DNA of 55,491 nucleotides, counting the filler, from Dimargaris cristalligena (lineage: Eukaryota): NCBI GenBank assembly GCA_003614675.1. It is 5 parts of 5 records of this genome, joined end to end, with 100 filler letters (N's around TTAATTAATTAA, not from the genome) between each part and the next. Parts side by side here need not be neighbours in the genome. Positions count along the whole stretch, not along the records: positions 11,140 to 22,173 come from ML003131.1; positions 22,274 to 33,290 come from ML003132.1; 3 more parts are not named here. One strand, written 5' to 3'. The stretch's first letter is position 1. Each line of letters starts with the position of its first letter. Shown in pieces: positions 13,051 to 23,869 of the stretch. Below the pieces are notes generated by a model. That model saw nothing but the letters and a program-made list of their open reading frames with translations, was not told the DNA's origin and made no database searches. Made by a program: the position numbers and the translations under genes.

Positions 13051-14564
13051 TTAAGCCAGATTGGCATTGACACTTTGGCGGAAGATTTCGATGACCTTGC
13101 GGGGCGATTCGGCCTTAAAAATTGATGTTCCTGCCACAATGACATTGGCACCGGCGGCAGTGGCCTGGTCAATGTTAGTGAGGTCCACACCACCGTCCAC
13201 TTCGATATCTAGATCGGGGAAGGCTTTCCGCAGAGTGGAAACCTAGTCCATAGAGGCGGAGGGGGGAGATTTTATTATTGTTTTTTCAAACAAGATATGT
13301 GGAGAGAGGTATAGTAGTTATGGTTAGTATCGACTTTCGTAAATCTCGGGACTAATAGATACTCAATAAAATGCGAAAAGATCTGACAACTACAAGCCAA
13401 GTGAAAGGTGCTAAGGAGGCGTATAGCCGCCCCCTCCTTCTCCGCTCCGAAAAAATAGCAATACTATAGTCGGCATCGCAGGTACTTACTTTAGGAAGGC
13501 AGTCGACCATGAATTTTTGGCCACCAAAGCCGGGCTCTACGGTCATGATAAGCACCATGTCGAGGTGCTTGGCCAGAGGCAGTAGGACATCTACGGGAGT
13601 TTTAGGTTTGAGTGAAATACCGGCCTTCATGCCAAGTTCATGAATCTTATGGATCAGAGAAAGGTGGTTTTCTATTATACACATCACGAGAGAAAGTGTG
13701 TCGGAGTAATTAGGCAAAAATACAAAACACAGGAGGGGGGTTAACCAGGTTAGCACTGAGTGTCCAAGATGGTAGATTTGCGAGGGGTGAGTGAGAGTGT
13801 ACTTGGGGAGCAGGACTGCTACTATAATGGAATAGAAAGCCAAACTTACCTGTTGCCTCGTAATGGAACATGTACAGGCTGGCGCCGGCTTTGGCAAAGT
13901 CTTCGACCCATCTCTCGGGATCCGACACCATCAAATGGCAGTCGAGAAACGCATCCGTATGGCGGCGGAGGGACTGGATAACCGGGGCGCCAATGGTGAG
14001 GTTGGGCACAAAATGACTGCGATTTGGAGGAATTCGGATGCGGGGGGAGGGGGTATATCAAGATGTATAATATATAAAGCGGAAGAGAAATGTAGTAGTT
14101 GCAAGGAAGATTGTTGTGGTAGGCAATATTCTAAAGCCATCAGATAGTATGGAGACTTCGGTCTACACCAGAAGGAGGGTAACAATTAGTGGCACTTACC
14201 CATCCATGACATCTGTTTTATTCGTAGGCCGGAATGAAAAGTTTACGAAAAGTTAAAATTGATTAGCCATGGATATGTCAGCTCATTAGCCGGGCCAGCC
14301 ATGGTCCTAGGAGTTTCCTACTACCACTAAACAAAAAGTAAAAGTTCGCCTTGAACAGCGCAATGACCAATCTCCTGCTGCTCCCCTCGGTTACCGGATT
14401 ACCCCGAGAACCACTGTTTGGGAACGACGGGGATTATATATATATATATATCACTTACCCATATGCAGATAATCGGCGCCAAGGTCCAACATGCGCTGGC
14501 ATTCGGATGCGAGGTTAGCGAAATCGCCAGAGAGAAGCGAAGGTGCGATTTTGGCAACGGGCAT
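13051..14564 (-). CDS. RPE1: D-ribulose-5-phosphate 3-epimerase, 219 aa; exons 14564-14459, 14212-14200, 14016-13850, 13671-13490, 13242-13051
   Basis: Motifs [56 protein letters not shown]. Canonical GTAAGT/AG introns; exons total 660 nt. Confidence 0.96.
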
Positions 14565-15615
14565 GGTACGAAACTGGGGCGGGGTAGACTGGCTGGAGAA
14601 TGCTCTTATTCTGACCAGAGTAGGACGATGGGACCTTGCTGAGAGACTATAGAAGAAGAAGCGTGGAAGGCGAGTTGGCGGGCGACAGAAAAGAGGGATG
14701 TTCGAGAGGAATGGCATAGAAGTAGAACAGGTCTTAAAGTGGCCGAGAGTTAGCTTAAGCGGTTTTGTGACTAGGCCCAGCCAATGTCGCCTTCCCTTTC
14801 TTACCAACCCAGCGAAACCTAGCCAGCCCACCCTCTCTCCCTTACCTTCAACTAGAAAGTCCTCGTCATTTGTCATGGTGCGGGACTCCTCGGGGTTCCA
14901 TCCCTAGAAAATGATCCCATTATGGGGAATAATTATATTATATATACACTAATAAAATAATATTTGATTAATCCAGGCCTTCCTGACTGTTCCGGCCTGT
15001 CTCCTCGCAAGATATTGTCGACTATTCGAGGGTAGCAAATTCGTGTTGTCCAGCTTAATCACCCTTTTTGGGGGCCGATGATTCCCTGATTTCATCCCCT
15101 AGCGCAGCTATCAGTTATAGTCGTTAAAGCCTAGTTAAAATTATACGGTTTTACTATAATAATAGTACAATAAATAGTTCATTAGATTTTATGATCTCTG
15201 TAATATGGTCCAATAACATATTTGATAGTCGGCATTTCCTCCAATTGGGGTTATGATACCGCCACCGACTGTCGATTTTCGCTTGACTCGATGGCTCCTA
15301 CACATGCATACACAGACATACACACATACACACACGCACCCATACACATATATACGCACCATACAAAATGACCTTCCCCCCTCCTTTCCCTTTTGGTGGT
15401 CTATTTTTCCCGCACTTACTCGTTTGGTCTCTCCCGTAACCGTGGTTTTTTCAATTCGTTTGCTTTGGGCCTTCCTTCTTTACTCTTCTACTTGCATAAT
15501 TTATCCCTTCCGCGTTCTTCCCAGCAACCTTCTCCATTTAGCGTTAGCGAGTGTGTATATTGACTACCTTGCATTGTCTACTTTTTTTTTCCTGACCTAG
15601 ATAATATCTTTCACC

Positions 15616-17085
15616 ATGGACTCCGCCCTCACCTTTGTTCCCGAGAACATCTACAGTCTGGAGGGTAAGGGTCTGAAATTGACCACCCCCGCCGACATTG
15701 AACCCTATCTGGCCGAAATCAAGGCCATTCCGACCCTCGAGCTTCTTCAGCTTAACGGTAACACCATCGGCCCCGAGGCCGCGAGGGCTCTGGCCGACAC
15801 TCTTAAAACCAAGAATTCCCTGAAGGTAAGTAGGCCGGTCCCCTTCCCACATTCGCTTTTCTCATTCAGAGACATTTGATCATCTTTGTATGCGCCATTT
15901 CCCTTACCCGATGGATAAGCGGTGGCCTGTGTCCCCCCTGTGAATTGGTAACAAAAACCCAAACTATGGAATTTCGTAGTAAACCTTTATAAGCGTCCAT
16001 AATATTCATATTTTTAATCAAACCCCTTATTCCATCGTCCTTGTGTATTACTTAACCCTAATGATCGATAGGTAGCCCAACTATACGACATCTTTACCGG
16101 TCGGTTAAAGGAAGACGTCAAAGAGGCCGTCAAAGTGCTGTGCGATGCCCTCGTAGACATGCCGCACTTGGTGGAGCTCAACCTGAGCGACAACGCCTTT
16201 GGACCCATCGGGGCCGAGTCGATGTTCCACTTCCTCGTCCACAGTCCGGCCCTGCAGACCCTCAAGGTCAACAACAACGGTCTGGGCATCCAAGGGGGTC
16301 GCCTCATCGCCAAGGCCCTGCTGGAACGTCAGGAGCGCTTCACCGCCGAGGGCCGCCCCTCGACCATGCGGTGCCTCATCGCCGGCCGTAACCGCCTCGA
16401 AAATGGCTCCAGCAAGGCTTTGGCCAACGCCTTCGCGGCCCACGGTACCTTCACCGATGTCCGCATGCCCCAGAACGGTATCCGCTCCGAAGGGGTCCGG
16501 AACCTATGTCTGGGTCTGACCCACTGCCCGAACCTCACCACCCTGGACCTCCAGGACAATACCTTCGTGGCCTCGGGATCGTTGGTCTTGGCCGAAGCCC
16601 TGGCCTCTTGGCCCCAGTTAACCCACCTTAACCTGGGTGACTGTCTCCTGGGACCCAAGGGAGGCCTGGCGGTGGCCGCCGAACTGGCTAAACTCCAACC
16701 CAATCTGCAGGAGCTGCATTTGGGCTACAACGAAATGGAACAAAACGCGGCTCTAGTACTGTCCCAAGCCGTGGTGGCCATGGAATCGCTCAAGACACTG
16801 GATATCAACGGTAACCGGTTTGACCCCGAATGCGATGCGGTGACCCTTATCAAGGCCGCCCTGGAGGAGAATGATAACTTGGATGCCTTGGGCTCGCTGT
16901 CGGACATGGAGGAAATGACCGACGACGAAGATGGCTCTGATTCCGATTCCGACTCTGCCGAAGAAGAGTCCGAGGATGACGGAAGCGAAGAGGAAGATGG
17001 TGAAATCAAGCCCGTCAAAGCCAGCAGCCAGGACTCCGCCATTGATGAATTGGCCGACGAATTGGCTGGTCAGTTGAAGGTGTAG
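15616..17085 (+). CDS. RNA1: Ran GTPase-activating protein (LRR), 407 aa; exons 15616-15825, 16072-17085
   Basis: LRRs with LNGNTIG, DIFTGRL, LNLSDNAFGP, NNNGLG, GRNRLENGS, PQNGIR, LDLQDNTF; acidic C-terminal tail; GTAAGT...TAG intron. Confidence 0.95.
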
Positions 17086-17800
17086 ATATTGTCTCTGCTG
17101 GCATTTGTCCACGATTGCAATAATAGCCGGTTCCCTTGTTCCCCTCATGAGTTGCATACAACAACGACACTCATAGTTTGTGCCCTCCTCTTCTCTCTTT
17201 TTCTCTATTCCTCCCTCATTTTAATGTGGTCCTGACTTGTAGTCGGCCCCATCCCCACATTCCCCCCACTTTACACTCATTACGTTATTTTCCTTTTGGT
17301 GCACCCTCCACTCTAATCCGCTCTTTTTCCCTACCACATTGCCTACAATATATAAATTCTATAATGCTCACGTTGGCCAGCTGACTGGGAAGTTTGGCTT
17401 AGTTGAAAAGACAATCGGCAACGAGGCTGGCCCCTTGGTGAACTATCAGATGGGATCGTCCAGCATAGATAGTGCGACCTCCAAAGCCATCGCCCCTACA
17501 CATTGAATATGTAATGCAAGTCCCTGGATGCATGAGGCCTGGGTACTTGGTGCAGTGCGTTTGGCTATTATTACATATTTGTGCATTTTGAAGGCTGACT
17601 GAGCCGACTTATACTACCGGTTGGGTCGCGTCATCAGAAAGACAAGCCGGACGCGAAATATACCAGTATTTAACCCACTCCGACCGCCTTGCTCAGGCCG
17701 CAACTATCCATCCCCGTTTTATTACTTTTAAAATATAAATACTATTACTCCACCCTACTCGATCATACCAACCCAGCCCTCCACTTCCATATCGCTAACC

Positions 17801-20616
17801 ATGTCCTTCCTATCTTCAGCGCTATGCCTCCGCTCGTTACCCCTGACTCGCCCGGCCCTAGCACTAGCACTAGCACAGAGTGCCTGTCGGTGGTCAGTGC
17901 GCCCCACCCCAGGCCCACCGTTCTGTCGCCTCCCTTCCATTCGGTCCATTTCGACATACCCCCCTAGTTGGGCGGCCGCGCTCCTGAAGCGGAACCCCCA
18001 ATTCAAATCCCTCGATTGGACGGACGTTCAGGCATTCCGAACGATTCTACCCTCACCCGGCGGGGTCCTCACCTCCATTCGGGACCCAACTAACCCGGAC
18101 GCCACTACCTCCTCCTCCTCCTCTGCCTCCGTCTCGGCGGACCAGTTGGATTCCCAAGAGGCCCTCCAGGCCTACAACACCGACTGGCTGAAACTTTACC
18201 GGGGCCAAGCCCCGGTGGTCCTTTTCCCCGAGACTACGGCCCACGTGGCGGCCATCCTCCGCTACTGCCAAGAACACCGCCTCGCGGTGGTACCGCAGGG
18301 CGGCAACACGTGCGTGACGGGAGCTAGTGTCCCAGTATTCGACGAACTCATTCTCAACTTGGCCAAACTGAACCGGGTCCGGCAATTCGACCCCGTTGGC
18401 GGGGTACTGGTCAGTGACGCGGGGTGTATTTTACAGAACCTCGAAGCATACGTGGAGCCGCGGGGCTTTACCATGCCCCTGGATCTGGCGGCGAAAGGGA
18501 GTTGCCAGATCGGGGGCAATGTGGCCACCAACGCCGGGGGCGTGCATTTCCTCAAGTACGGGTCGTTGCACGGGTCGGTCCTGGGCTTGGAAGTGGTCCT
18601 CCCGTCGGGTGAAGTTATGGATCTATTGTCGACGTTGCGGAAGGATAGTACGGGCTACGATCTGAAGCAACTATTTATCGGGGCCGAGGGAACCCTCGGT
18701 GTCATTACGGGGGTCGCCCTCCAGACGGCCCCATTTTTGCCCGTAAGCTAAATATAGTATTGTCACCACTGCCGGTTTGAGGCTAGTGACTGGAGCTGCT
18801 GACTGCCATTCTTGGCAGCAATAGGCGTGTAATTTCACCCGCTGTTGGATCTCTTAGGGTTAAGTCTTAGTCGGACAATGTTATGTAGCGACTATCTCCA
18901 TAATCTTCATTACACCTAACTACGAATCTGACCCTCATCATTCAGAATTATATGATCTACCCCAAAACTTGATGTTACCCGTACAGAGCAAGGTTGCCGT
19001 ATTACTCGGCCTGAACTCGTACAAGCAGGCCCTCGACACGTATGCCCTGGCACAGAAACATATATATCAAAATTTATCCGGTAAGTTGCCCCTTGATTAT
19101 TTTATTTGGATTTGGATTTGGATTGATTTGATGAGTATAAACGATCAAAATAATAAGTCTTTTAATTTATTGATCGATTTCTGACCCAAACATCATCACC
19201 AATACATTAGTTTTAACATTGCCTTGTTTCGTATTATTTTGTACTGCTTTTGTTCATCGCTTACCCTGACCAAAAGCGTTTGAATTTTGGGACCGCGAAT
19301 GCTTCAATTATCTCCTAGAAAGTGGTGCCAATGCCCCTAGTGAGCCGTTCGCCAGCACCTACCCCTACTATATTTTGGTAGAAAGCAGTTCCAGCGATGA
19401 AGACCAGAACCAGGAAGTATGGATTCGGTATTGTATTAATTTCGTCACATGTCTGTTTGGTTTAATATATATATAGGTGGCTTTATCGCCTCCCTGTCTG
19501 TTTGATGAACAGCCTACGCATGTTAAACTGGGCCCTTTTTATATATTTGCATCTGGTCTATTGTATTTATTCATTTATTAGAGTCTGAGCAAATTCCTTG
19601 ATATCCTACTCCAAAACAAACTAATGGGTGACGGAACAATCTCCTTTGACCAGAGTCAGGTAAATGCGGACTTTATATTATTTCTCAAATTTTCCTTCTA
19701 TCTATTTACCGACTGGCTAATAATCGCTCGAAACCATGCCTAAATAGTAAATAGTGTTCGAGTAATAACCCAGCTTTTTAATTTCTTAATGTGGCCTTGG
19801 CCCTCTTTGCCAAACACACAACCTCCATCACGTTGGCTAGTTTAACAGGTTATGGGCCTATCGGGAGTCTATTCCGTCCGCTGTGCTACGCCACCCTTCT
19901 TTGGCCTACGATTTGACCCTAGACTACCCCCACTTCTATCAAGTCGTCGAAGTCCTGCGGGACCGGTTGCGCCAAATGGGGCTTTACGATGGGTACAAAG
20001 GTCGGGGCAATGTCCAGGCTATCGCCGGACTTGGGCATTTTGGTGATGGTACGTAATGTATTCATTTGTAATTGCTTTCCTGGTACTGTTATTTCCACCA
20101 TAGCCTAACTATGCGTACTATCGCTCCCCCTTCTCTTCTCTCTCATTCTAATCGAGCACCGCCCACTCCCCAAATAATTTTAATCCATGGATTAACTATT
20201 ATTTATTTGATTATCAAACCGATCTTTATGGGAATAGGGAATATCCATGTATGTGTTGTAGCCAAGGACCTCAACAAGGAAGTTTTCGAAGCCGTCGAAC
20301 CGTTCATCTATGAATGGGCAGGTAAAATACCCATATTCGACCACTCTCAATACCCCATTTTGCTTATATTATGATAGGTCTCATCGTACAATTAACTTAT
20401 GCCGGAATATATTAATTATTCCGACTACCTTATCATATTATCTATTTATTTACAGCCGAACGCGGCGGATCAATTTCTGCGGAGCATGGATTGGGGATAC
20501 TCAAGGCGCCCTATTTACATTACACTCGGTCCGAAGTAGTAATCCGTACCATGCGCCAGATCAAAACCGTATTTGATCCACATGGTATCATGAATCCCTA
20601 CAAAGTGCTGACCTAG
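17801..20616 (+). CDS. Mitochondrial FAD-linked D-2-hydroxyacid dehydrogenase (DLD2/DLD3/D2HGDH family), 568 aa; exons 17801-18742, 18987-19080, 19277-19416, 19582-19659, 19841-20048, 20238-20321, 20456-20616
   Basis: [92 protein letters not shown]. Arg-rich, acid-free N-terminal presequence. Exons sum to 1707 nt in frame. Confidence 0.93.
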
Positions 20617-21106
20617 TCTGTCACGTAGCTTATGGATCTTCATGTCCATAATATTTCTTCTTTCTTTTGAAATAGGACTAACCCATGTATCGATAATACT
20701 GAAAAGTGTCTCCGAGGGAAACAACGGAAGTAATATGTACCCAGGCAATGAACCAGATTCAAGATATTACTTGTCGTTGGCTACATCTGAACAGCCTTGT
20801 CATACTAAATGATTGGTCACACCCATATTGGTAGTATTTATCAAACTGGTTAGTTGATAAATTCAAGCGGATTTCCGCTGGAATCATTTAATTAGGTGAC
20901 ACAGGAAGAAGCTCTGCCCGATTGTGCAATGTATACCACATTTAGTTACTGAAATCTTTCCAGTGAAGAACCGCTATGATTAAATTATATTTCATATGGG
21001 GAATGTTAATATCGCCATTTCCTTATATGTATTAAATTACTATGGCTGTCGCGATGGTTAACCATTCTTAGTCCGATAAGGGTCCACGTGGATAAATTTC
21101 TACCTG

Positions 21107-22173
21107 TTATGGCACCGGGAGTACTCTCAAGTAATGCCCACTTACTTGGCAGATATGGAGGATAGTAAGAGAGGCAACATCATATAGTGCTAGGTACACA
21201 CTCACTGTCAGGGGGTGAGCATATGGGGATTTATTAGATAAATAAGAAGGTATAGTGGTGTCCAATGGTGACATTTGGGGGTAGGTATTGGAGAGTCTTA
21301 TGGCACCAAGCATCTCCGTGGGAAGGGGGTATGGTATAATCTGGTTTAATAGGGGCAAAATACACAGAAAGGCCTCAACCCTATTGGGCCAGATTAGCAG
21401 GTGTAATATTTCAAGTAGAACATAGTCTTTAAGCCTCCTAATTCCAGCTGGCTGAGTACACAAGGGACTTAGTGACTGGAAACCCATAGGTTTAATGTAA
21501 TTTCAGAGAAATGGATAGTAAGCTGGAGGTAGTTGTTGTCTAAGTTAACTACTATTAGTCCATCAAGAGTCCTGAGGACAGGCTTCTAATAGTAGGCAGG
21601 GTTTAGACTTAGCTAAGCAGGATACTAGCATCAGGTATAGGGCAAAGCACTACCTAATAGAGGCTAGTAGTAGGTATATACAAGGGCTATGTAAGGAGCA
21701 TATTTACTAGTTGGTACAAGGGGAAGTGAGTATATATAGAGTTGATTAGGAGTAAACTAGGGGTAGGAATAAGCTAGGGAATCTAACTAGTCCTAATGGG
21801 GCCTGGTTATATATATGTGGGGATACCTTTAGAGGGAGGTCCCAAGGGAAGAATACTACTAAGACTAAGGTATAGGTAAATAGGCCAGCCATACAGCCAC
21901 TAGTATCTGGAAGACTCTGATGGTAACTGGAAGAGACTTAGGTATCAGCACTTGAGTAATTAGTATAAAGAGGTGGAGTCTAGATAGGGGAAGGGTTATA
22001 AAATATAGGATGATCCCCTGTCAAGAACTGAACTCAAATCCTTGAAAACTGAACTTTATTTAAAAAGATAGGTAATAAAAAGGGAAAGGTGATGATAGAC
22101 TTGCTGTTCCAAGAGGTGGCAGCAAGGGGGAGTATTTATACTCAAAAGAGGAAGCCTAAATGAAAAGATAGAT
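21107..22173 (-). mobile_element. Degenerate LTR-retrotransposon-like relic; putative LTR 3' part 22173-22019 followed by decayed internal sequence
   Basis: No CpG seen in 21320-22173 and abundant TA/TAG/CTA. On the minus strand, TATAAATA (22140-22133) and AATAAA (22060-22055) precede a ...TTGACA end (22019). Located at a contig end. Confidence 0.5.
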
Positions 22174-22273
22174 NNNNNNNNNNNNNNNNNNNNNNNNNNN
22201 NNNNNNNNNNNNNNNNNTTAATTAATTAANNNNNNNNNNNNNNNNNNNNNNNNNNNNNNNNNNNNNNNNNNNN
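22174..22273. other. Artificial contig spacer N44-TTAATTAATTAA-N44
   Basis: Identical to the other spacers. Confidence 0.98.
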
Positions 22274-22843
22274 AGTGCGAACTCTGGGAGGCCTGGCCGG
22301 TTAAGGGGCTATCAATGATGTTCGGCCTGGTTAGGGCCGGGGGGTATACTATGGCGCTATACGGCCTGATATGACGGCGGTCATATCAGTTGGGTTAGGA
22401 CGGATTAGGAGGGGCGACAGCTGCAAAACGACATTTTATTAGTATGCACAGTCCACTACATGTGGGTGTTTGGCAGCAACTAGACTTTCCAAAGTCGGTA
22501 AAGAATAACAAGAACTCATAAACCACTATTATTATCAGATATCATCTGGAGCACTTCAAGTAATAGTAGAACAGTTTCACAGGATTAATCTGCTCCCAAT
22601 GTAAAACACAGGCTAATACACAGATATACTCATTAGAATCATGTGAAATTTATTGTCGAAAACATACCTACAAAAGGTCATGAATGATTAAGCAAGGCTA
22701 CATGCAACAAACCGTAGGATAAATGCCCCAGGTAATCGTGTAAAATGAGCTAGATAGCAAAGTAATGAGTAGTTTTGGGACGCAACATGATATGGCCGTC
22801 ACCCGGTATACCCAAGTCAATAAGATCATCACACTACATCTGC

Positions 22844-23869
22844 CTAATACTTGGGCGTAAAGTCCTTCTCGTAGTGCTGGAAGAACTGCTTGACTGTGGT
22901 GGGCTTGTGGCCCAGCATCTTCTCGAGGTCCTTGGTCACTTCATCCATGTGGCCCTTGTTGATGTGCTCAAAAATCTCCACCATACATGAAATCTCCTCC
23001 TCACGCAGGTAGCCGTGTTCCTTGAGGCAGTGCTTGAGCTCGTCCATGGAAATGCGCTTGAACTCGAACTTGGTGTCCAGGGCACTGCTGGCCTCCTCGG
23101 CAATACATTTGCCGGTCACCTTCTCAGGGCCCGTGGCACAGATTAGGTGCATCTTGCCCTTGGACAGCCAGATATCCTGCTCATCAACACCGCAGATTAC
23201 CTCATGTTGCTTCATGTGCTTACCCACCAGACGCAGGTACCCGGTGGCCAAGTCGAACATGGCCATGGGGGCAAACTTATGGTCCTTGAGGGGTAGGGGA
23301 ATCTGGCTCTCATCCTGGATACGGTCCTGGAAGAAGTACAGGTGTTCCATGGGCAGGGCCATCCGGAGGACCAGGCCGTGCATCTGGTGACCGCGGTGCT
23401 GGCCGTGGCCGCCTCCCTCGATGCACTCCTTGAACATTTTCTCCATGTGGTGGAGCATCTTCAGGTGCTGGCCCTCGGCCTTGTCGAGATTAAGCACCGA
23501 CAGCATGGTCAGGCACCGCACCTGGACTTCCATGGCGCACTCCAGGAAACACTTCCACAGTTTGGGAACATGCTGTTCGCCGGACTGGGAGAGGTGCTGG
23601 TGGACGGGCACCAGGATCATGGCATCAGCTTCCTTGAAGTACTTGCCGATATCCTGCATGTGGTCCTCGCTGTACTTGAACAGGTGCACACGGTCCTCCT
23701 TGCGGAGCATCTTGGCCCACTCGCGGTTCTCATCGGTCACACCACAGTAGATTCTCTCGATACAGTCGCGGGCCTTGCCATGCAGCATCCCATAGCAGAA
23801 GCTGAAGCCGATCCACTGGTCGCAGGAGGTGACGCAGAGGGTGATTTTGTTAGAGCGGAGGCAGGCCAT
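22844..23869 (-). CDS. NmrA-like / atypical SDR Rossmann-fold protein, His/Cys/Met-rich, 341 aa, intronless
   Basis: C-terminal half resembles NmrA-like proteins (FAPMAMFDLA...ATGPEKVTG..IAEEASSAL...FKRIS...VTKDLEKMLGHKPTTVKQFF). Strong C/G-ending codon bias, CACCATG start context, TATA-like ATATAAAA ~165 bp upstream. Confidence 0.8.
   Translation of the reverse strand: MACLRSNKITLCVTSCDQWIGFSFCYGMLHGKARDCIERIYCGVTDENREWAKMLRKEDRVHLFKYSEDHMQDIGKYFKEADAMILVPVHQHLSQSGEQHVPKLWKCFLECAMEVQVRCLTMLSVLNLDKAEGQHLKMLHHMEKMFKECIEGGGHGQHRGHQMHGLVLRMALPMEHLYFFQDRIQDESQIPLPLKDHKFAPMAMFDLATGYLRLVGKHMKQHEVICGVDEQDIWLSKGKMHLICATGPEKVTGKCIAEEASSALDTKFEFKRISMDELKHCLKEHGYLREEEISCMVEIFEHINKGHMDEVTKDLEKMLGHKPTTVKQFFQHYEKDFTPKY

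Noticed and set aside
22366..22389. Perfect 10-bp hairpin CTGATATGAC-GGCG-GTCATATCAG with nearby box C/D-like words
   Set aside because: Isolated short stem; box C is imperfect and no convincing guide sequence or Helitron CTRR end is visible
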